A stretch of DNA of 64,000 nt from NCBI RefSeq assembly GCF_009914755.1, contig NC_060943.1, one strand, 5' to 3'. The position numbers and the translations under genes were made by a program. This document shows positions 53,701 to 64,000 of the stretch, piece after piece; position 1 is the stretch's first letter, and every line of letters starts with the position of its first letter. The notes beneath the pieces were generated by a model that saw nothing but the letters and a program-made list of their open reading frames with translations, was not told where the DNA came from and ran no database searches. Source of the DNA: the human T2T-CHM13v2.0 reference genome, Homo sapiens.

Positions 53701-54346
53701 TCAACTCACAGAGTTTAACCTTTCTTTTCATAGAGCAGTTAGGAAACACTCTGTTTGTAAAGTCTGCAAGTGGATATTCAGACATCCTTGAGGCTTTCGT
53801 TGGAAACGGGATTTCTTCATATTCTGCTAGAAAGAAGAATTCTCAGTAACTTCCTTGTGTTGTGTGTATTCAACTCACAGAGTTGAACGATCCTTTACAC
53901 AGAGCAGACTTGAAACACTCCTTTTGTGGAATTTGCAAGTGGAGATTTCAGCCGCTTTGAGGTCAATGGTAGAATAGGAAATATCTTCCTATAGAAACTA
54001 GACAGAATGATTCTCAGAAACTCCTTTGTGATGTGTGCGTTCAACTCACAGAGTTTAACCTTTCTTTTCATAGAGCAGTTGGGAAACACTCTGTTTGTAA
54101 AGTCTGCAAGTGGATATTCAGACATCCTTGAGGCTTTCGTTGGAAACGGGATTTCTTCATATTCTGCTAGAAAGAAGAATTCTCAGTAACTTCCTTGTGT
54201 TGTGTGTATTCAACTCACAGAGTTGAACGATCCTTTACACAGAGCAGACTTGAAACACTCTTTTTGTGGAATTTGCAAGTGGAGATTTCAGCCGCTTTGA
54301 GGTCAATGGTAGAATAGGAAATATCTTCCTTTAGAAACTAGACAGA

Positions 54347-56725
54347 ATGATTCTCAGAAACTCCTTTGTGATGTGTGCGTTCAACTCACACAGTTTAACC
54401 TTTCTTTTCATAGAGCAGTTAGGAAACACTCTGTTTGTAAAGTCTGCAAGTGGATATTCAGACCTCCTTGAGGCCTTCGTTGGAAACGGGATTTGTTCAT
54501 ATTATGCTAGACAGAGGAATTCTCAGGAACTTCCTTGTGTTGTGTGTATTCAACTCACAGAGTTGAACGATCCTTTACACAGAGCAGACTTGAAACACTC
54601 TTTTGGTGGAATTTGCAAGTGGAGATTTCAGCCGCTTTGAGTTCAATGGTAGAATAGGAAATATCTTCCTATAGAAACTACACAGAATGATTCTCAGAAA
54701 CTGCTTTGTGATGTGTGCGTTCAACTCACAGAGTTCAACCTTTCTTTTCATAGAGCAGTTGGGAAACACTCTGTTTGTAAAGTCTGCAAGTGGATATTCA
54801 GACTTCTTTGAGGCCTTCGTTGGAAGCGGGATTTCTTCATGTTCTGCTAGACAGAAGAATTCTCAGAAACTTCCTTGTGTTGTGTGTTTTCAACTCACAG
54901 AGTTGAACGATCCTTTACACAGAGCAGACTTGAAACACTCCTTTTGTGGAATTTGCAAGTGGAGATTTCAGCCGCTTTGAGGTCAATGGTAGAATAGGAA
55001 ATATCTTCCTATAGAAAGTAGACAGAATGATTCTCAGAAACTCCTTTGTGATGTGTGCTTTCAACTCACAGAGTTTAACCTTTCTTTTCATAGAGCAGTT
55101 GGGAAACACTCTGTTTGTAAAGTCTGCAAGTGGATATTCAGACATCCTTGAGGCCTTCGTTGGAAGCGGGATTTCTTCATATTCTGCTAGAAAGAAGAAT
55201 TCTCAGTAACTTCCTTGTGTTGTGTGTATTCAACTCACAGAGTTGCACGATCCTTTACACAGAGCAGACTTGAAACACTCTTTTTGTGGAATTTGCAAGT
55301 GGAGATTTCAGCCGCTTTGAGGTCAATGGTAGAATAGGAAATATCTTCCTATAGAAACTAGACAGAATGATTCTCAGAAACTTCTTTGTGATGTGTGCGT
55401 TCAACTCACAGAGTTTAACCTTTCTTTTCATAGAGCAGTTAGGAAACACTCTGTTTGTAAAGTCTGCAAGTGGATATTCAGACCTCCTTGAGGCCTTCGT
55501 TGGAAGCGGGATTTCTTCATGTTCTGCTAGACAGAAGAATTCTCAGAAACTTCCTTGTGTTGTGTGTTTTCAACTCACAGAGTTGAACGATCCTTTACAC
55601 AGAGCAGACTTGAAACACTCCTTTTGTGGAATTTGCAAGTGGAGATTTCAGCCGCTTTGAGGTCAATGGTAGAATAGGAAATATCTTCCTATAGAAAGTA
55701 GACAGAATGATTCTCAGAAACTCCTTTGTGATGTGTGCGTTCAACTCACAGAGTTTAACCTTTCTTTTCATAGAGCAGTTAGGAAACACTCTGTTTGTAA
55801 AGTCTGCAAGTGGATATTCAGACCTCCTTGAGGCCTTCGTTGGAAGCGGGATTTCTTCATGTTCTGCTAGACAGAAGAATTCTCAGAAACTTCCTTGTGT
55901 TGTGTGTTTTCAACTCACAGAGTTGAACGATCCTTTACACAGAGCAGACTTGAAACACTCCTTTTGTGGAATTTGCAAGTGGAGATTTCAGCCGCTTTGA
56001 GGTCAATGGTAGAATAGGAAATATCTTCCTATAGAAACTAGACAGAATGATTCTGAGAAATCCTTTGTGATGTGTGCGTTCAACTCACAGAGTTTAACCT
56101 TTCTTTTCATAGAGCAGTTAGGAAACACTCTGTTTGTAAAGTCTGCAAGTGGATATTCAGACCTCCTTGAGGCCTTCGTTGGAAACGGGATTTGTTCATA
56201 TTATGGTAGACAGAGGAATTCTCAGGAACTTCCTTGTGTTGTGTGTATTCAACTCACAGAATTGAACGATCCTTTACACAGAGCAGACTTGAAACACTCT
56301 TTTGGTGGAATTTGCAAGTGGAGATTTCAGCCGCTTTGAGTTCAATGGTAGAATAGGAAATATCTTCCTATAGAAACTACACAGAATGATTCTCAGAAAC
56401 TGCTTTGTGATGTGTGCGTTCAACTCACAGAGTTCAACCTTTCTTTTCATAGAGCAGTTGGGAAACACTCTGTTTGTAAAGTCTGCAAGTGGATATTCAG
56501 ACTTCTTTGAGGCCTTCTTTGGAAGCGGGATTTCTTCATGTTCTGCTAGACAGAAGAATTCTCAGAAACTTCCTTGTGTTGTGTGTTTTCAACTCACAGA
56601 GTTGAACGATCCTTTACACAGAGCAGACTTGAAACACTCCTTTTGTGGAATTTGCAAGTGGAGATTTCAGCCGCTTTGAGGTCAATGGTAGAATAGGAAA
56701 TATCTTCCTATAGAAAGTAGACAGA
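54347..56725 (+). repeat. Cluster of hybrid/divergent dimers, including a third copy of the 339-bp deletion dimer
   Basis: TTCTGAGAAATCC at 56051. GAGGAATTCTCAGGA, TACACAGAAT and CTGCTTTG each occur twice (~54515-54710 and ~56214-56410). Locally private ATTTGTTCAT and TTTTGGTGGA are paired at offset 1699. Confidence 0.8.
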
Positions 56726-59700
56726 ATGATTCTCAGAAACACCTTTGTGATGTGTGCGTTCAACTCACAGAGTTTAACCTTTCTTTTCATAGAGCAGTTA
56801 GGAAACACTCTGTTTGTAAAGTCTGCAAGTGGATATTCAGACCTCCTTGAGGCCTTCGTTGGAAACGGGATTTCTTCATATTATGCTAGACAGAAGAATT
56901 CTCAGTAACTTCCTTGTGTTGTGTGTATTCAACTCACAGAGTTGAACGATCCTTTACACAGAGCAGACTTGAAACACTCTTTTTGTGGAATTTGCAAGTG
57001 GAGATTTCAGCCGCTGTGAGTTCAATGGTAGAATAGGAAATATCTTCCTATAGAAACTAGACAGAATGATTCTCAGAAACTCCTTTGTGATGTGTGCGTT
57101 CAACTCACAGAGTTCAACCTTTCTTTTCATAGAGCAGTTGGGAAACACTCTGTTTGTAAAGTCTGCAAGTGGATATTCAGACTTCTTTGAGGCCTTCGTT
57201 GGAAGCGGGATTTCTTCATATTCTGCTAGACAGAAGAAATCTCAGTAACTTCCTTGTGTTGTGTGTATTCAACTCACAGAGTTGAACGATCCTTTACACA
57301 GAGCAGACTTGAAACACTCTTTTTGTGGAATTTGCAAGTGGAGATTTCAGCCGCTTTGAGGTCAATGGTAGAATAGGAAATATCTTCCTATAGAAACTAG
57401 ACAGAATGATTCTCAGAAACTCCTTTGTGATGTGTGCGTTCAACTCACAGAGTTTAACCTTTCTTTTCATAGAGCAGTTGGGAAACACTCTGTTTGTAAA
57501 GTCGGCAAGTGGATATTCAGACATCCTTGAGGCTTTCGTTGGAAAAGGGATTTCTTCATATTCTGCTAGAAAGAAGAATTCTCAGTAACTTCCTTGTGTT
57601 GTCTGTATTCAACTCACAGAGTTGAACGATCCTTTACACAGAGCAGACTTGAAACACTCTTTTTGTGGAATTTGCAAGTGGAGATTTCAGCCGCTTTGAG
57701 GTCAATGGTAGAATAGGAAATATCTTGCTATAGAAACTATACAGAATGATTCTCAGAAACTCCTTTGTGATGTGTGCGTTCAACTCACACAGTTTAACCT
57801 TTCTTTTCATAGAGCAGTTAGGAAACACTCTGTTTGTAAAGTCTGCAAGTGGATATTCAGACCTCCTTGAGGCCTTCGTTGGAAACGGGATTTCTTCATA
57901 TTATGCTAGACAGAAGAATTCTCAGTAACTTCCTTGTGTTGTGTGTATTCAACTCACAGAGTTGAACGATCCTTTACACAGAGCAGACTTGAAACACTCT
58001 TTTTGTGGAATTTGCAAGTGGAGATTTCAGCCGCTTTGAGTTCAATGGTAGAATAGGAAATATCTTCCTATAGAAACTAGACAGAATGATTCTCAGAAAC
58101 TCCTTTGTGATGTGTGCGTTTAACTCACAGAGTTCAACCTTTCTTTTCATAGAGCAGTTGGGAAACACTCTGTTTGTAAAGTCTGCAAGTGGATATTCAG
58201 ACTTCTTTGAGGCCTTCGTTGGAAGCGGGATTACTTCATGTTCTGCTAGACAGAAGAATTCTCAGAAACTTCCTTGTGTTGTGTGTTTTCAACTCACAGA
58301 GTTGAACGATCCTTTACACAGAGCAGACTTGAAACACTCCTTTTGTGGAATTTGCAAGTGGAGATTTCAGCCGCTTTGAGGTCAATGGTAGAATAGGAAA
58401 TATCTTCCTATAGAAAGTAGACAGAATGATTCTCAGAAACTCCTTTGTGATGTGTGCGTTCAACTCACAGAGTTTAACCTTTCTTTTCATAGAGCAGTTA
58501 GGAAACACTCTGTTTGTAAAGTCTGCAAGTGGATATTCAGACCTCCTTGAGGCCTTCGTTGGAAACGGGATTTCTTCATATTATGCTAGACAGAAGAATT
58601 CTCAGTAACTTCCTTGTGTTGTGTGTATTCAACTCACAGAGTTGAACGATCCTTTACACAGAGCAGACTTGAAACACTCTTTTTGTGGAATTTGCAAGTG
58701 GAGATTTCAGCCGCTTTGAGTTCAATGGTAGAATAGGAAATATCTTCCTATAGAAACTAGACAGAATGATTCTCAGAAACTCCTTTGTGATGTGTGCGTT
58801 CAACTCACAGAGTTCAACCTTTCTTTTCATAGAGCAGTTGGGAAACACTCTGTTTGTAAAGTCTGCAAGTGGATATTCAGACTTCTTTGAGGCCTTCGTT
58901 GGAAGCGGGATTTCTTCATATTCTGCTAGACAGAAGAATTCTCAGTAACTTCCTTGTGTTGTGTGTATTCAACTCACAGAGTTGAACGATCCTTTACACA
59001 GAGCAGACTTGAAACACTCTTTTTGTGGAATTTGCAAGTGGAGATTTCAGCCGCTTTGAGGTCAATGGTAGAATAGGAAATATCTTCCTATAGAAACTAG
59101 ACAGAATGATTCTCAGAAACTCCTTTGTGATGTGTGCGTTCAACTCACAGAGTTTAACCTTTCTTTTCATAGAGCAGTTGGGAAACACTCTGTTTGTAAA
59201 GTCTGCAAGTAGATATTCAGACATCCTTGAGGCTTTCGTTGGAAACGGGATTTCTTCATATTCTGCTAGAAAGAAGAATTCTCAGTAACTTCCTTGTGTT
59301 GTGTGTATTCAACTCACAGAGTTGAACGATCCTTTACACAGAGCAGACTTGAAACACTCTTTTTGTGGAATTTGCAAGTGGAGATTTCAGCCGCTTTGAG
59401 GTCAATGGTAGAATAGGAAATATCTTCCTATAGAAACTAGACAGAATGATTCTCAGAAACTCCTTTGTGATGTGTGCGTTCAACTCACAGAGTTTAACCT
59501 TTCTTTTCATAGAGCAGTTGGGAAACACTCTGTTTGTAAAGTCTGCAAGTGGATATTCAGACATCCTTGAGGCTTTCTTTGGAAAAGGGATTTCTTCATA
59601 TTCTGCTAGAAAGAAGAATTCTCAGTAACTTCCTTGTGTTGTGTGTATTCAACTCACAGAGTTGAACGATCCTTTACACAGAGCAGACTTGAAACACTCT

Positions 59701-62700
59701 TTTTGTGGAATTTGCAAGTGGAGATTTCAGCCGCTTTGAGGTCAATGGTAGAATAGGAAATATCTTCCTATAGAAACTAGACAGAATGATTCTCAGAAAC
59801 TCCTTTGTGATGTGTGTGTTCAACTCACACAGTTTAACCTTTCTTTTCATAGAGCAGTTAGGAAACACTCTGTTTGTAAAGTCTGCAAGTGGATATTCAG
59901 ACCTCCTTGAGGCCTTCGTTGGAAACGGGATTTCTTCATATTATGCTAGACAGAAGAATTCTCAGTAACTTCCTTGTGTTGTGTGTATTCAACTCACAGA
60001 GTTGAACGATCCTTTACACAGAGCAGACTTGAAACACTCTTTTTGTGGAATTTGCAAGTGGAGATTTCAGCCGCTTTGAGTTCAATGGTAGAATAGGAAA
60101 TATCTTCCTATAGAAACTAGACAGAATGATTCTCAGAAACTCCTTTGTGATGTGTGCGTTCAACTCACAGAGTTCAACCTTTCTTTTCATAGAGCAGTTG
60201 GGAAACACTCTGTTTGTAAAGTCTGCAAGTGGATATTCAGACTTCTTTGAGGCCTTCGTTGGAAGCGGGATTTCTTCATGTTCTGCTAGACAGAAGAATT
60301 CTCAGAAACTTCCTTGTGTTGTGTGTTTTCAACTCACAGAGTTGAACGATCCTTTACACAGAGCAGACTTGAAACACTCCTTTTGTGGAATTTGCAAGTG
60401 GAGATTTCAGCCGCTTTGAGGTCAATGGTAGAATAGGAAATATCTTCCTATAGAAAGTAGACAGAATGATTCTCAGAAACTCCTTTGTGATGTGTGCGTT
60501 CAACTCACAGAGTTTAACCTTTCTTTTCATAGAGCAGTTAGGAAACACTCTGTTTGTAAAGTCTGCAAGTGGATATTCAGACCTCCTTGAGGCCTTCGTT
60601 GGAAACGGGATTTCTTCATATTATGCTAGACAGAAGAATTCTCAGTAACTTCCTTGTGTTGTGTGTATTCAACTCACAGAGTTGAACGATCCTTTACACA
60701 GAGCAGACTTGAAACACTCTTTTTGTGGAATTTGCAAGTGGAGATTTCAGCCGCTTTGAGTTCAATGGTAGAATAGGAAATATCTTCCTATAGAAACTAG
60801 ACAGAATGATTCTCAGAAACTCCTTTGTGATGTGTGCGTTCAACTCACAGAGTTCAACCTTTCTTTTCATAGAGCAGTTGGGAAACACTCTGTTTGTAAA
60901 GTCTGCAAGTGGATATTCAGACTTCTTTGAGGCCTTCGTTGGAAGCGGGATTTCTTCATATTCTGCTAGACAGAAGAATTCTCAGTAACTTCCTTGTGTT
61001 GTGTGTATTCAACTCACAGAGTTGAACGATCCTTTACACAGAGCAGACTTGAAACACTCTTTTTGTGGAATTTGCAAGTGGAGATTTCAGCCGCTTTGAG
61101 GTCAATGGTAGAATAGGAAATATCTTCCTATAGAAACTAGACAGAATGATTCTCAGAAACTCCTTTGTGATGTGTGCGTTCAACTCACAGAGTTTACCCT
61201 TTCTTTTCATAGAGCAGTTAGGAAACACTGTGTTTGTAAAGTCTGCAAGTGGATATTCAGACATCCTTGAGGCTTTCGTTGGAAACGGGATTTCTTCATA
61301 TTCTGCTAGAAAGAAGAATTCTCAGTAACTTCCTTGTGTTGTGTGTATTCAACTCACAGAGTTGAACGATCCTTTACACAGAGCAGACTTGAAACACTCC
61401 TTTTGTGGAATTTGCAAGTGGAGATTTCAGCCGCTTTGAGGTCAAAGGTAGAATAGGAAATATCTTCCTATAGAAACTAGACAGAATGATTCTCAGAAAC
61501 TCCTTTGTGATGTGTGCGTTCAACTCACAGAGTTTAACCTTTCTTTTCATAGAGCAGTTGGGAAACACTCTGTTTGTAAAGTCTGCAAGTGGATATTCAG
61601 ACTTCTTTGAGGCTTTCGTTGGAAACGGGATTTCTTCATATTCTGCTAGAAAGAAGAATTCTCAGTAACTTCCTTGTGTTGTGTGTATTCAACTCACAGA
61701 GTTGCACGATCCTTTACACAGAGCAGACTTGAAACACTCTTTTTGTGGAATTTGCAAGTGGAGATTTCAGCCGCTTTGAGGTCAATGGTAGAATAGGAAA
61801 TATCTTCCTATAGAAACTAGACAGAATGATTCTCAGAAACTCCTTTGTGATGTGTGCGTTCAACTCACAGAGTTCAACCTTTCTTTTCATAGAGCAGTTG
61901 GGAAACACTCTGTTTGTAAAGTCTGCAAGTGGATATTCAGACTTCTTTGAGGCCTTCGTTGGAAGCGGGATTTCTTCATATTCTGCTAGACAGAAGAATT
62001 CTCAGTAACTGCCTTGTGTTGTGTGTATTCAACTCACAGAGTTGAACGATCCTTTACACAGAGCAGACTTGAAACACTCTTTTTGTGGAATTTGCAAGTG
62101 GAGATTTCAGCCGCTTTGAGGTCAATGGTAGAATAGGAAATATCTTCCTATAGAAACTAGACAGAATGATTCTCAGAAACTCCTTTGTGATGTGTGCGTT
62201 CAACTCACAGAGTTTACCCTTTCTTTTCATAGAGCAGTTAGGAAACACTCTGTTTGTAAAGTCTGCAAGTGGATATTCAGACATCCTTGAGGCTTTCGTT
62301 GGAAACGGGATTTCTTCATATTCTGCCAGAAAGAAGAATTCTCAGTAACTTCCTTGTGTTGTGTGTATTCAACTCACAGAGTTGAACGATCCTTTACACA
62401 GAGCAGACTTGAAACACTCTTTTTGTGGAATTTGCAAGTGGAGATTTCAGCCGCTGTGAGGTCAATGGTAGAATAGGAAATATCTTCCTATAGAAACTAG
62501 ACAGAATGATTCTCAGAAACTCCTTTGTGATGTGTGCGTTCAACTCACAGAGTTTAACCTTTCTTTTCATAGAGCAGTTGGGAAACACTCTGTTTGTAAA
62601 GTCTGCAAGTGGATATTCAGACATCCTTGAGGCTTTCGTTGGAAACGGGATTTCTTCATATTCTGCTAGAAAGAAGAATTCTCAGTAACTTCCTTGTGTT

Positions 62701-64000
62701 GTGTGTATTCAACTAACAGAGTTGAACGATCCTTTACACAGAGCAGACTTGAAACACTCTTTTTGTGGAATTTGCAAGTGGAGATTTCAGCCGCTTTGAG
62801 TTCAATGGTAGAATAGGAAATATCTTCCTATAGAAACTAGACAGAATGATTCTCAGAAACTCCTTTGTGATGTGTGCGTTCAACTCACAGAGTTCAACCT
62901 TTCTTTTCATAGAGCAGTTGGGAAACACTCTGTTTGTAAAGTCTGCAAGTGGATATTCAGACTTCTTTGAGGCCTTCGTTGGAAGCGGGATTTCTTCATA
63001 TTCTGCTAGACAGAAGAATTCTCAGAAACTTCCTTGTGTTGTGTGTTTTCAACTCACAGAGTTGAACGATCCTTTACACAGAGCAGACTTGAAACACTCC
63101 TTTTGTGGAATTTGCAAGTGGAGATTTCAGCCGCTTTGAGGTCAATGGTAGAATAGGAAATATCTTCCTATAGAAAGTAGACAGAATGATTCTCAGAAAC
63201 TCCTTTGTGATGTGTGCGTTCAACTCACAGAGTTTAACCTTTCTTTTCATAGAGCAGTTAGGAAACACTCTGTTTGTAAAGTCTGCAAGTGGATATTCAG
63301 ACCTCCTTGAGGCCTTCGTTGGAAACGGGATTTCTTCATATTATGCTAGACAGAAGAATTCTCAGTAACTTCCTTGTGTTGTGTGTATTCAACTCACAGA
63401 GTTGAACGATCCTTTACACAGAGCAGACTTGAAACACTCTTTTTGTGGAATTTGCAAGTGGAGATTTCAGCCGCTTTGAGTTCAATGGTAGAATAGGAAA
63501 TATCTTCCTATAGAAACTAGACAGAATGATTCTCAGAAACTCCTTTGTGATGTGTGCGTTCAACTCACAGAGTTCAACCTTTCTTTTCATAGAGCAGTTG
63601 GGAAACACTCTGTTTGTAAAGTCTGCAAGTGGATATTCAGACTTCTTTGAGGCCTTTGTTGGAAGCGGGATTTCTTCATATTCTGCTAGACAGAAGAATT
63701 CTCAGTAACTTCCTTGTGTTGTGTGTATTCAACTCACAGAGTTGAACGATCCTTTACACAGAGCAGACTTGAAACACTCTTTTTGTGGAATTTGCAAGTG
63801 GAGATTTCAGCCGCTTTGAGGTCAATGGTAGAATAGGAAATATCTTCCTATAGAAACTAGACAGAATGATTCTCAGAAACTCCTTTGTGATGTGTGCGTT
63901 CAACTCACAGAGTTTACCCTTTCTTTTCATAGAGCAGTTAGGAAACACTGTGTTTGTAAAGTCTGCAAGTGGATATTCAGACATCCTTGAGGCTTTCGTT

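Larger units (their letters stand above)
1..64000 (+). repeat. Alpha satellite array, 340-bp dimeric (SF1, J1/J2-type) unit, ~188 copies, homogeneous 'live'-type array; most like D1Z7/D5Z2/D19Z3 (S1C1/5/19H1L)
   Basis: Strict 340-bp period: GAATTC at 120, 460, 800..., and ORF starts at 290, 630, 970... Two related monomers of 169 and 171 bp alternate (box-equivalent positions 78, 247, 418). Typical alphoid motifs are present (ATTCTCAGAAACT, TTCAACTCACAGAGTT, TGCAAGTGGA). Copies differ by only a few SNPs. The family assignment comes from my recognition of the sequence, not from a search, and is less certain than the alpha-satellite call. Confidence 0.97.

Noticed and set aside
178-63984. Hundreds of 60-102 aa ORFs on both strands (MILRNSFVMCAF..., MFPNCSMKRKV...)
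   Set aside because: They are translations of the satellite unit recurring every 340 bp. They overlap on opposite strands, show no recognisable domain, and change length with single SNPs. They are useful only as SNP barcodes.
1-64000. CRISPR-like or other repeat-spacer array
   Set aside because: There are no unique spacers. The entire unit is repeated, and no cas or other genes are present.
1-64000. Embedded L1/Alu/other insertion, inversion or non-satellite island
   Set aside because: The 340-bp register and orientation are continuous end to end apart from four 1-bp deletions, leaving no room for an insertion.
1-64000. Assignment to a specific chromosome or to the active kinetochore (CDR) site
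   Set aside because: The 1/5/19 arrays are near-identical, and kinetochore position is epigenetic. Neither can be determined without mapping and chromatin data.

Overview
The whole 64 kb window is one uninterrupted, single-orientation array of primate (human-type) centromeric alpha satellite. It holds about 188 copies of a 340-bp dimer made of a ~169 and a ~171 bp monomer. One monomer carries a CENP-B box (YTTCGTTGGAARCGGGA), the other a pJalpha/A-box-like site, and each dimer has one EcoRI site. This best matches the suprachromosomal family 1 dimeric array shared by chromosomes 1/5/19 (D1Z7/D5Z2/D19Z3; S1C1/5/19H1L); I cannot tell which chromosome. I see no genes, RNA genes, transposon insertions, inversions or CRISPR. 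All listed ORFs are artefacts of the repeat. The informative structure lies in SNP-defined dimer variants, which I call I, L and F. These form local higher-order units of 2, 5-6 and 8 dimers, and multi-kb tandem duplications (4.42 kb, ~9.2 kb) with whole-dimer deletions. They also reveal a ~30-kb central haplotype domain with almost no broken CENP-B boxes, flanked by a different haplotype. I found no support for a novel protein-coding system. All counts were made by eye and need confirmation by alignment.
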